Source: Candidatus Saccharimonadota bacterium | Lineage (GTDB): Archaea > Micrarchaeota > Micrarchaeia > Micrarchaeales > Micrarchaeaceae | Direction of reading: 5' to 3' | DNA: 32,000 bases | NCBI RefSeq assembly: GCF_002214165.1 | Contig: NZ_CP019964.1 | Location: 690,001-722,000 of the forward strand | In this document: positions 1-8,316 of the stretch, piece after piece | Numbering within the stretch: position 1 is the stretch's first letter | Layout: every line of letters starts with the position of its first letter | Made by a program: the position numbers and the translations under genes | The notes under the pieces: model-generated | Databases searched by the model: none | Seen by the model: only the letters and a program-made list of their open reading frames with translations | Told to the model about the DNA's origin: nothing

Positions 1-2
1 TT

Positions 3-71
3 GCGATGGGATTGTCAAGAGGATTAAATTCCGGAATAGAGGGCGCTGCGTCGTTCTGGTCAGGAATATGA
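3..71 (+). CDS. Possible 3' end of an upstream gene cut by the window edge (reads ..AMGLSRGLNSGIEGAASFWSGI*); the frame choice is uncertain
   Basis: An open frame runs from the window edge to TGA at 69-71, just before the GAGGT Shine-Dalgarno of the next gene. Another frame stays open to TGA at 83-85 (ATGA overlap with the 82 start), so the real frame cannot be decided. The Gly/Ser-rich tail resembles the C-termini of the downstream membrane paralogs. Confidence 0.25.
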   Translation, partial: AMGLSRGLNSGIEGAASFWSGI

Positions 72-81
72 GGTTTAAAAA

Positions 82-1506
82 ATGATAGATACAATGCTTG
101 CGATAACGTCCTTTTCCAATACAAGGACAAACCTTATACCGCTTATAGCCCTGGCTATAGGCCTGGACGCATCGTTTGTGAGCATTTGGTACATATTGGG
201 CAGCCTGTTGAACAACAACTCGCTCAAGCAATCCGCAATAAACGAGATTTATCAGCTTTTTGGAAACATAATTATAGTAATATTGATAGTATTCCTTCTG
301 CTCGCGTTCAGCAGCATATTCTACAACTCGCTGCAGGGAACAAAGATGATGAACAGCACCACTATATACAGCATGTGCCAGAACATCAACAGCTCTTCGA
401 GCCTTTCAATACTAAATCCCAGCGATTCTGGCAGCGGCAGCTCCCTGCTTTATAGCGGCAAGTCGGGAAGTTTCCCTGGCTTATGCGAGATGGTCAAGAA
501 CCCGACGACGACAACTGAAAAGATAGACTACCCGGTTGCTACTTCAGCTGTGATACTTGCAAATTTGACAAACCAGACTTTTACAAACCTTAACTATCTG
601 TTCGGTGTCGAGGCTTACATTGGTTTCTTAAGCAAGCTTACACCCACTGATGCAATATGTACAGGTGAAATAGCTCCCCCTGACATAATACCGATTTCAT
701 GCGTGGTTCCATTTTCAAGCCTTCCTATACTGCTGTTCATAAGATCCCAATATACCCCCTTGTCAGGTTACAGCGCAATTTATTCAGGGCTGGCAACTTT
801 AGGGGGCTTGATTACTACTGCCATGGAGTCATTCACCGCCCAACTGCTTATAATAGTCTCATTCATTTACGTATGGCCAATACTTCTTTTCTTAGGGCTC
901 GCATTGAGGTCTGTATTCTTTACTAGAAGGATAGGGGGATTGTTTATAGCGCTAGCCGTTGCATTCATATTATTTTACCCTTCTGTAATGGCCCTTGAGT
1001 ACCTTAGCCTCAACCGTGTGGTTGCTCCGACTGATGTGCTTACAGTAAACAGTACAGTAGTAGGAAGCAATGTCATAGCGCCCGTATACAATTACACCGA
1101 TACCTCTTCAAACAAGTTGGGTAGCTTAGACTTCTTTGTTGAACCCAGCATAAAGAGCGTTGCGCAGTCAACATCCTGCTGGGCGGGGACAGGTTCGGGA
1201 TTGATATTGACAGAGTCTGGGATGATTCTTGAAACCGACTCTGTTTCAAACCTCGTAGATTTATATAAAGTTTTTGACGGTGGATTCGATGGGGATGTTG
1301 GGGCATACTCGTTAGGGCTCGCGACATGCAATGAACAAGGTGCAATAAGCACCCTTTTTGCTTCATTTGATATATATGGAATTATGGGCATAACTGCATA
1401 CCTGCTACCGATATTTAACATAATAATAGTTATTTCCGGAGTAGTTGGACTATCTGGAATGCTCGGAGGGGATACAAATTTGGCTGGATTGAGTAGATTG
1501 TTATGA
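82..1506 (+). CDS. Polytopic membrane protein, paralog 1 of a 4-member family (474 aa), with a large sequon- and Cys-containing extracytoplasmic loop; function unknown
   Basis: Long ORF with SD-like GAGGT at 70-74. It has many hydrophobic segments and Ser/Thr/Asn-rich loops with N-x-S/T sequons. Family motif RSVFFTRRIGGLFIALAVAFILFYP lies at nt 907-981. The stop overlaps the next start (ATGA at 1503-1506). Confidence 0.85.
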   Translation: MIDTMLAITSFSNTRTNLIPLIALAIGLDASFVSIWYILGSLLNNNSLKQSAINEIYQLFGNIIIVILIVFLLLAFSSIFYNSLQGTKMMNSTTIYSMCQNINSSSSLSILNPSDSGSGSSLLYSGKSGSFPGLCEMVKNPTTTTEKIDYPVATSAVILANLTNQTFTNLNYLFGVEAYIGFLSKLTPTDAICTGEIAPPDIIPISCVVPFSSLPILLFIRSQYTPLSGYSAIYSGLATLGGLITTAMESFTAQLLIIVSFIYVWPILLFLGLALRSVFFTRRIGGLFIALAVAFILFYPSVMALEYLSLNRVVAPTDVLTVNSTVVGSNVIAPVYNYTDTSSNKLGSLDFFVEPSIKSVAQSTSCWAGTGSGLILTESGMILETDSVSNLVDLYKVFDGGFDGDVGAYSLGLATCNEQGAISTLFASFDIYGIMGITAYLLPIFNIIIVISGVVGLSGMLGGDTNLAGLSRLL

Positions 1507-2615
1507 CAAGATTAAGATTTGCGGCGGTTGGCATTTCGCTGTTCTTAGTGTTATTCATGGAGCTTGGCACCGGATTTGCACCTGCAGCCACAACCAGTTA
1601 TCTGCCAGCCAACCTATGCGGGAGCATGTACAATGTGGCAGGGAATCCAACAGGGTTTGTAAAATATGAGAGCTTGACTGGCTTGTTGGCGATATCGCTC
1701 ATACTTTTGACCATAATGCTTCTCATCACTGGAGTACTGTGGGCATTTGGCGGTCTGCTGGAAATGCCAAAGCTGAAGGAGTCAGCAAGAAGCGAGATTG
1801 GTGAGGTACTACTCACAGGATTGATAGTTGTTATAATTTTAGGCTCGTTTTCGCTGACCAATTTTTCGGCAGGAGATGCCCTTCCCCTATCGAATGGGCT
1901 TTTCAGCTCGCGCATCTATTATGATGACTGCAATGTGATATTTACTGGGGTACAGAAAGGTATATCTGAAGATATAGGGCTTTTGGCTTATGACGATGTG
2001 GTTAAACTTATATCTTCTTTAACCTTGACAATCGAGCCTGGATATTTTGGCTATTCGTTCTCTCCATACGCCGGAATGGGTTATGGCAGCAATGTAATAG
2101 GAGTTACAATGAGCATAGTTGGAGGCGTAGTAATGCTTTCATTCGCAGGCATCTTAGTATTGAACTATGTGTTCATCATAATGCCAATATTCCTTTTCAT
2201 TGGCATTGTGCTTAGGACAATCCCCTGGACCAGACCGGCAGGAGGGGCTTTCATAGGCATGTTCATAGGGTTTTTCATACTGTTCCCCTTGCTTCTGCAT
2301 TTTATGATAGTGGGAAGCATACAGACAATCAACCTGGCCACGGTTTCATCAAGCACACCTACCAGCCTTCCTGGATTAAGCGGACTCACCAATGTGCTGA
2401 ATATAATGGGAGACATAGAGGGATATGTTAGTGATTTTTCAGGAGGAATTGCCGCAGTGAATTCGGTTATAACTGATATCATAGGGCCTTTACTTTATAT
2501 AATATTGTCGCTTTTAATAACACTTATAATTGCATTTGACTTTACAGATACTATGGGAGACCTTTTAGGCTCACCCAGCTTAAGTTCATCAGGAGGGTTG
2601 AAAAAGTTAGTGTAG
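1503..2615 (+). CDS. Polytopic membrane protein, paralog 2 (370 aa)
   Basis: Start overlaps the previous stop. N-terminal signal-anchor-like segment. Family motif RTIPWTRPAGGAFIGMFIGFFILFP at nt 2214-2288. Second shared motif ..SARSEIGEVLLTGLIVVI.. follows an early TM helix. Confidence 0.85.
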   Translation: MTRLRFAAVGISLFLVLFMELGTGFAPAATTSYLPANLCGSMYNVAGNPTGFVKYESLTGLLAISLILLTIMLLITGVLWAFGGLLEMPKLKESARSEIGEVLLTGLIVVIILGSFSLTNFSAGDALPLSNGLFSSRIYYDDCNVIFTGVQKGISEDIGLLAYDDVVKLISSLTLTIEPGYFGYSFSPYAGMGYGSNVIGVTMSIVGGVVMLSFAGILVLNYVFIIMPIFLFIGIVLRTIPWTRPAGGAFIGMFIGFFILFPLLLHFMIVGSIQTINLATVSSSTPTSLPGLSGLTNVLNIMGDIEGYVSDFSGGIAAVNSVITDIIGPLLYIILSLLITLIIAFDFTDTMGDLLGSPSLSSSGGLKKLV

Positions 2616-2649
2616 TAAATCAATAATGGATGTTTAAGAAGGTAAAAAA

Positions 2650-3828
2650 ATGTTTGGAAAAAACAAAAACCATGGGAAGTTTGCGATCGCGCTTCTGCTA
2701 GCATTAGCTTTAATTGGATCTGCATACTTGTTTGCCGTGCAGACTCCTATCGCATTTGCTGGCCCTGCCGGATATGGCGCTTCACCAAACAACGCCAACC
2801 TTGTTGCTGCCAATTCGGGAGTTGAAGGTTATGGTCTTGCCAGCAGGCTAAATGTACAGGAACTCTCATTGGTAAGTCCTACAGGATTCGCATCAAAATG
2901 GCTTGCTCTTGCCTTCATATTTGCAATATCTATTATAATGGTGGCAGTGTTCGTATATGAGATAAGCAACATATCCAACAGCACAAATGGGAAGATGTGG
3001 GCAAGGACACAGATCTATGAAGCGGTCCTTTCAATAATAATGCTGCTTATATTCATAGGCATAGGCTCAATACTTATGGTAAATCCAAAGGCGGCTTATA
3101 ATTCGGTAGGGTTGCTGCCTTTTCAGTGCAACACTGCGAGCATAAACACGATTTACAATTTGTCGGCATGTGATATGGGGACATTTAACTCAAATGTCGA
3201 TTCGCTTATCTATATAATATATGGATTTACATTCTCTTCTGGCCTTGAGCCTGGTTTTTCGGTAAGCGTGACTCCTTTGGGGATTGAGGGCCAGCAGAAA
3301 CTTTGGTCGGTATCTGGCGGAATTTCCAGCTTCATGCCCTCCTCTTCACTAGACATATATAGCTATGTTATAGTGGCACTGATAACACTATTGATACTCA
3401 ATTATGTTCAGATGATACTTTTGACAGGGTCCCTATTTTTCCTTGCGGTTTTTGTGAGCTTGGGGCTTGTATTGAGAGCATTGGGCTTTTCCAGGAGTTT
3501 TGGAGGATCATTAATAGCTCTTGGAGTGGGGCTGGGCATAATCTACCCTCTTCTCGTATCAATTTCATATGGATTCGTGGTTGCATCGCAGTCTGCCATA
3601 GTACTGCCATCCTTCAGCGCAATTTCCAGCTCCGACCCTCTTGCAATCGTAAGCAACTTCATAAGTTACATGTTCGGAGGGTACCTTGACTCAATAGGAT
3701 ATGTTTTGGTAGGACTTACATTCCTTCCATTCCTAAACTTCATAATACTTGATTCGTTTATGATAGACTTCTCTTCTGCGATAGGAGAGAGGATAGGTTT
3801 TATGTCATTGATGACTGGCTTGGTGTGA
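2650..3828 (+). CDS. Polytopic membrane protein, paralog 3 (392 aa)
   Basis: SD-like GAAGGT at 2638-2643. Signal-peptide-like N-terminus (..LIGSAYLFAVQTPIAFA/GPAG). Family motif RALGFSRSFGGSLIALGVGLGIIYP at nt 3475-3549. Confidence 0.85.
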   Translation: MFGKNKNHGKFAIALLLALALIGSAYLFAVQTPIAFAGPAGYGASPNNANLVAANSGVEGYGLASRLNVQELSLVSPTGFASKWLALAFIFAISIIMVAVFVYEISNISNSTNGKMWARTQIYEAVLSIIMLLIFIGIGSILMVNPKAAYNSVGLLPFQCNTASINTIYNLSACDMGTFNSNVDSLIYIIYGFTFSSGLEPGFSVSVTPLGIEGQQKLWSVSGGISSFMPSSSLDIYSYVIVALITLLILNYVQMILLTGSLFFLAVFVSLGLVLRALGFSRSFGGSLIALGVGLGIIYPLLVSISYGFVVASQSAIVLPSFSAISSSDPLAIVSNFISYMFGGYLDSIGYVLVGLTFLPFLNFIILDSFMIDFSSAIGERIGFMSLMTGLV

Positions 3829-3834
3829 TATTAT

Positions 3835-5019
3835 ATGAATAGGTTTTTTAAATTTACAATTCCGGCGCTTTTCTTGATTTTAGTCGTACTTCTGAGCTAT
3901 GGCTTAATCTATAACCAATTTAATAACACGCTGAAGTCAAATTACGGTTATGAAATATTGAATTTTGGAGGGGCTGGAGGGAGCTCTTCGAGCCAATGTG
4001 GCCTTGTCCCTTCTTCAATATCGAAAACGATATCAAGCAATGAACCTTGGTACTGTCCTATAAATGAGGAGATTTTCAATGACTGGCAGACTTATCTTCC
4101 TATAGCTGTGATAGTGCTTTTGATTGGGCTCTTTGTTGATATAATAATATTCGGTATAGGCGTAGCGCTCAAGAATGACAGAGTCAGGAACATTGGAGTT
4201 GGGGAGCTGTATGAAACCTTTGCCAGCGCTATAATAATCTTTTTGTTCCTTTACATATGTGCGGTTACCTTTGGACTTATTCCTGGCGTGTATGTAGGCA
4301 ACATAAACCCATATGCAACCGCTTTCCACCTGATGCTTACAACATCCAATTCTGTTGAGAAACTTTACACTGGCCTTTTCCATACTTACGCCATGGACAA
4401 GTTTATTACTTCAATTGAAATAAAATTTTATGGAAGCAACCTTGGGGATTTGGATTTGAATACTTATGGGCAATATATATACGGAGTAGCCTATACCCCT
4501 CTTGAGATCGGTTTCATAGAACCTGCAAGCTTCATTATGTCAATGCTCATAGATGGGACTGCAATTTTATACTCGGAGTATTATCTTCTTGTGTTCTTTT
4601 CTGTCAGCGCCATACCTGTGTTCATAATACCTGGAGTAATATTCAGGATAATACCTCCTACTAGGGGTCTTGGGGGAATGATGATTGCCCTTGGAATAGC
4701 ATTTTACTTGGTATTCCCAACCCTGTTTGCTGCAGTCTATTATTTCTCTTCAAGTTCATTTTTGACACAGATAAGTGTAGCTACACTGCAGGCGGAGCAG
4801 ATAAATTCGCAGGGAATCGCCTCTGCCAAGGGCTTCTCAAGCACAAGCCCTGCTGCTGAAAATCTAAGCAGCATACAATCAAGCATGAGTTCTTTCTGGC
4901 TACTGGTACTGTTCTACCCCGCACTGATAATTGCGGTATCCTACGCATTTGTGCAGACGATAGCGCAGTTCATAAGCGGATCGACATATTCAAGCCGTAG
5001 GATAAGAGGTTTCGTGTGA
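3835..5019 (+). CDS. Polytopic membrane protein, paralog 4 (394 aa)
   Basis: GGTG at 3822-3825 upstream of the ATG. N-terminal signal anchor. Family motif RIIPPTRGLGGMMIALGIAFYLVFP at nt 4645-4719. Confidence 0.85.
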   Translation: MNRFFKFTIPALFLILVVLLSYGLIYNQFNNTLKSNYGYEILNFGGAGGSSSSQCGLVPSSISKTISSNEPWYCPINEEIFNDWQTYLPIAVIVLLIGLFVDIIIFGIGVALKNDRVRNIGVGELYETFASAIIIFLFLYICAVTFGLIPGVYVGNINPYATAFHLMLTTSNSVEKLYTGLFHTYAMDKFITSIEIKFYGSNLGDLDLNTYGQYIYGVAYTPLEIGFIEPASFIMSMLIDGTAILYSEYYLLVFFSVSAIPVFIIPGVIFRIIPPTRGLGGMMIALGIAFYLVFPTLFAAVYYFSSSSFLTQISVATLQAEQINSQGIASAKGFSSTSPAAENLSSIQSSMSSFWLLVLFYPALIIAVSYAFVQTIAQFISGSTYSSRRIRGFV

Positions 5020-5072
5020 TTGCATTGATGGATGCAATTGGCATTTATTTGTAAAATAAGCATTAGTTTTTT
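5019..5072 (+). terminator. Possible transcription stop after paralog 4: a hairpin followed by a T-run
   Basis: Inverted repeat ATTGCAT (5019-5025) / ATGCAAT (5032-5038) with a 6-nt loop, followed by T-rich sequence including TTTTTT at 5067-5072. It sits in the only sizeable intergenic gap (about 100 nt) inside the cluster. Confidence 0.3.
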
Positions 5073-5082
5073 AACTTTTCAA

Positions 5083-5102
5083 TTTAAAATTATAATAAAT
5101 AA
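5083..5102 (+). promoter_or_regulatory. TATA-like AT box, a candidate internal promoter for the second half of the cluster
   Basis: TTTAAAATTATAATAAATAA lies 18-50 nt upstream of the candidate starts (TTG 5120, ATG 5132). Position only; there is no transcript evidence. Confidence 0.25.
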
Positions 5103-5119
5103 TGAATTAGGTAATTTAC

Positions 5120-5953
5120 TTGAACAATAATATGTTATTTGGCATTGAATACGCTATTTCGATATTGTTCTTGGTTGCTGCAATAGTTATGCCATTGAGC
5201 ATTGGCGGCTATCTAGTCAAGATAATATTGTTTTTAATCGCCATGATCTTTGATGTCATAGCGTTCACCTCCCGTTATTATGCTTACTTATTTATACCGT
5301 TTATAAAAGGAAGAGGGAAGAGAGTGGTATTAAGCAATGAGGATGCATATTATCTCTCCGCATCTGCAGATTCTATATTGAAGAAGGTAGGTGACAAATT
5401 CATAGCTACTGTATATATCTTATTGCCCGTTTATACTTCTTCCACTGAAATGAATGACGACCAAAAGCTTGAGTTCACCCAGAAAGTTAGCAGGATGGTA
5501 GGGATTACACGCGACCCGGCAAGATTCACTACGGAGGTACTGATAATGAATAAGGATGACTACCTAAGAGAGCTTAAAGATGCGATTTCACAAGCGGACA
5601 ATGAAGTTGCACAGCTTAACCTTAACAAAAACCCGGACAAAAAAAGGATGGAGCATTATAAGGGTAAATCCGTTATGCTCAGAAACCTACTAAATGATAT
5701 GGGAAAGGTTACATCTTATGAAGAAATTTCTTATGTTACAGTATCGGCATACGGCTACAAAGAGTACGAAGCCGTAGCAAATGCACAGCAGAAAGCAAGG
5801 GAGCTTATATCAGGTATAAGCTCTGTTTTCGGTGTCCCTGTAAGCATAATCACAGGAAACGAGCTACTAAAGTTTGTTGAACCGGAATACCTTATACCAT
5901 ATGTTACGGTTACTACGCAGATGAACAGTGATTTGGAAAGCAAAGTGATATGA
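5120..5953 (+). CDS. Bitopic membrane protein, twin A (277 aa): two N-terminal TM helices plus a cytoplasmic alpha/beta and coiled-coil domain
   Basis: ORF starts at TTG 5120 (alternative ATG 5132). The hydrophobic N-terminus has two helices; the rest is charged and soluble. Its stop overlaps the next start (ATGA at 5950-5953). It is a paralog of the next gene. Confidence 0.75.
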   Translation: MNNNMLFGIEYAISILFLVAAIVMPLSIGGYLVKIILFLIAMIFDVIAFTSRYYAYLFIPFIKGRGKRVVLSNEDAYYLSASADSILKKVGDKFIATVYILLPVYTSSTEMNDDQKLEFTQKVSRMVGITRDPARFTTEVLIMNKDDYLRELKDAISQADNEVAQLNLNKNPDKKRMEHYKGKSVMLRNLLNDMGKVTSYEEISYVTVSAYGYKEYEAVANAQQKARELISGISSVFGVPVSIITGNELLKFVEPEYLIPYVTVTTQMNSDLESKVI

Positions 5954-6783
5954 TGGATGAAACTACGATGATTTATCTTGCACTTACGCTTGTGGTGCTT
6001 CTCCTTGCATTTGGGACAATTGGGAGCATTGCCAAGGGTATATATTATGACATAGCAATACTGCTTATCATTATAACCGCAGGCTTGATAGTGATAATCA
6101 GCCAAGTGGATTATGTTATGTTCACAATGCTTACCTCATTGTTGGGCACTACGATAAAACCTGCAAATAACTATATGATAAATAAAAAGCAGGATTCTAT
6201 AGTAAAAAATGTGAATAACCTTTATTATGCAACAGGATATGTAACTGCAAACCTGTTCCCTTACGTATTCAAGAATGAAAATCCTCCAGAAGATGAGGAG
6301 GATAGGATGAGCCAAGCGCCTGAGTTATGGGAAAATATAGTAAGGAGTCTTGGATTTCCATTCAAATTCCATGTTTTTTCAATAGGCCTTAATGTACAGG
6401 CTTCCAGGGACGAGCTTGAAGGGAAAAGGTCTTACCAAGAGTTCCAACTATCAAGGGCTTTGCAGGGAAATGCAAATGAGACAGTAATAACAAGCCTGCA
6501 GAGGCAGATAAGGATTCTGCAATCCAAGATAGATATGATATCTTCCGGAGAGAAACCTATAGCTACTATCATGTATATAGAGACGACTGCCGTGGGTATT
6601 ACCGATCAGGAAGCTCTTGATAAGCTTTCATCCCAAGTAACAGCCATACAGGTTGCGTTTAGCTCGTTTGATGTTGAACTCAGGAGGATAGTCGGGAGAG
6701 AATTATATGAAATATTCAAGTTCAACTTTGCACTCCCTCTTACAGTTAAAGATGCTTCAAGGCTGTTTGACCAGCAGGGTTGA
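5950..6783 (+). CDS. Bitopic membrane protein, twin B (277 aa), paralog of 5120..5953
   Basis: Same length and architecture as twin A. Alignable blocks: DSILKKVGDKFIATVYI vs DSIVKNVNNLYYATGYV, EISYVTVSAYG vs ATIMYIETTAVG, and ITGNELLKF vs IVGRELYEIFKF. Confidence 0.75.
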   Translation: MMDETTMIYLALTLVVLLLAFGTIGSIAKGIYYDIAILLIIITAGLIVIISQVDYVMFTMLTSLLGTTIKPANNYMINKKQDSIVKNVNNLYYATGYVTANLFPYVFKNENPPEDEEDRMSQAPELWENIVRSLGFPFKFHVFSIGLNVQASRDELEGKRSYQEFQLSRALQGNANETVITSLQRQIRILQSKIDMISSGEKPIATIMYIETTAVGITDQEALDKLSSQVTAIQVAFSSFDVELRRIVGRELYEIFKFNFALPLTVKDASRLFDQQG

Positions 6784-6798
6784 TTAGAAGATGATATT

Positions 6799-8316
6799 AT
6801 GTCTATTGTAAAGATGCAACACGTGATGAGCAATGAGGTGTCTAAGAGGTCATTTTTGTCAAGGCCTCCAGAGCCGCCGGCAAATATACTGCTTAATGAT
6901 CCTATGAATTCAATTTATATAGGCAATACCAAGATATTCAAGATCCCGTTCGCTTGGAATTTCGACAATGTCACCAACCCCCATATAGCAGTAGTGGGAA
7001 TAACAGGTGCAGGAAAGAGCTATTTTGTAAAGACCTTCCTGATAAGGGCAAACTATATATGGGATACGAATGCTGTGATAATAGACTGGGCTTCGGAGTA
7101 CAAGGCATGGGTACAGCAGAGCGGTGGCACAATACTTTCATTGGGGAAGGGGGACTATATCAATATCATGGACCTTGCAGGTATGAAGCCATTGGATAGG
7201 GTCAAGCAGATAATGGGCGCATTTGAGATACTTACGGATATCGCGTCTTATCCTGAACAGCGCAGGCTGACTGAAGAGGCTTTGGAGCAGGCTTACGCCA
7301 ATCTGGGCTTCAACTTGGCGGAAAGGCCGCCTGAAGGCAAGGATGCGCCGACGCTTAAGGATGGGATAGCCCTGCTTGAAGAGCAGCTTCAATCGGGAGG
7401 ATACCAGTACCCGGCAGAACTTGAAAATGCAATATATAGGCTTAGGCAGTTTGCGAGGCCAGGGGAGGACTTCTTCTCAAGGAAGAGCACTTTGGACATA
7501 GAAAAGATGGCTAATTCTGGATTGGTCGACATAGATCTTTCAGGATTGTCTGATGATACTTTTAGGGCATTGGCAGCATTGTTCATCTTGCAGACATTGA
7601 AAGAGAAAATGAGGTTTGAAGGTTTTGCCGAAACAAAAGGGATAAAGACCTTCGTGGTGCTTGATGAAGCTTGGAAGGTGGCCAGCGATGACAGAAGCGA
7701 TGCAATCACGATAGTCAGAGAGGGAAGGAAATACCAGTTCGGGCTCATAGTGGCATCCCAAAACCCCACGGATATTAATGAGGCGATATACTCAAACGTG
7801 GGCACTAACTTCATACTTAGGATAAAATTTGAAAGGTTCCTTGATTACATACAGGGCTCTTTGAACTTCTCGCCTTATATCAGAAGCGAGATAAGCAATT
7901 TCGGAGTAGGTCAAGCCGCTGTGGACATGTCATTCACAACATCGATGAGGTTCCCAAACATATTCGTTCTGGACAGGATAAAGGGTGAAGAGCCATTATA
8001 CATATACACAATAAACTTGACAGATGTGCTGACACAGGCAGAGGTTTCGGCCAACCTTCTCCCAAGAGATTACCAGTTTGAGGAAGATGAGCTCAAGAAC
8101 AAGATGATAAACTATAACGTCAGCGGGGACATAATAAACCAGCTGTTTAAGAAGCTGGACAGCCAGGGGAGGACCATAAACATGCTTGATTTCGTGAGAA
8201 CCCTTTACTCTTACCATCTTAGGGTGGCGGATATAATTGCGTTGCTGAAAAGCATGAGCATAGAGGACCTTCTCATAACAAGGATAATCTCCTCTTCAGG
8301 TGTAAGAAATGAGTGA
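6799..8316 (+). CDS. P-loop ATPase of the FtsK-HerA superfamily, VirB4/TrbE/CedB-like (505 aa)
   Basis: Walker A GITGAGKS at nt 6997-7020. Walker B VVLDEAW at nt 7654 onward. REGRKYQFGLIVASQNPTDI block. IIDWASEY and INIMDL blocks resemble the conjugative VirB4/TraC ATPase pattern (xIDpxGEY .. iNPl). No TM segment. Confidence 0.85.
   Translation: MSIVKMQHVMSNEVSKRSFLSRPPEPPANILLNDPMNSIYIGNTKIFKIPFAWNFDNVTNPHIAVVGITGAGKSYFVKTFLIRANYIWDTNAVIIDWASEYKAWVQQSGGTILSLGKGDYINIMDLAGMKPLDRVKQIMGAFEILTDIASYPEQRRLTEEALEQAYANLGFNLAERPPEGKDAPTLKDGIALLEEQLQSGGYQYPAELENAIYRLRQFARPGEDFFSRKSTLDIEKMANSGLVDIDLSGLSDDTFRALAALFILQTLKEKMRFEGFAETKGIKTFVVLDEAWKVASDDRSDAITIVREGRKYQFGLIVASQNPTDINEAIYSNVGTNFILRIKFERFLDYIQGSLNFSPYIRSEISNFGVGQAAVDMSFTTSMRFPNIFVLDRIKGEEPLYIYTINLTDVLTQAEVSANLLPRDYQFEEDELKNKMINYNVSGDIINQLFKKLDSQGRTINMLDFVRTLYSYHLRVADIIALLKSMSIEDLLITRIISSSGVRNE

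Noticed and set aside
186-5019. Track ORFs nested in or antisense to the four membrane-protein genes (186..455, 699..926, 1073..1366, 1092..1421, 1598..1915, 2165..2482, 3398..3610, 4033..4383)
   Set aside because: Each lies wholly inside a much longer ORF that has coherent membrane-protein character, SD motifs and operon coupling. Their products are compositionally odd (Cys/Arg/His-rich or mirror images of hydrophobic codons), typical of shadow ORFs.
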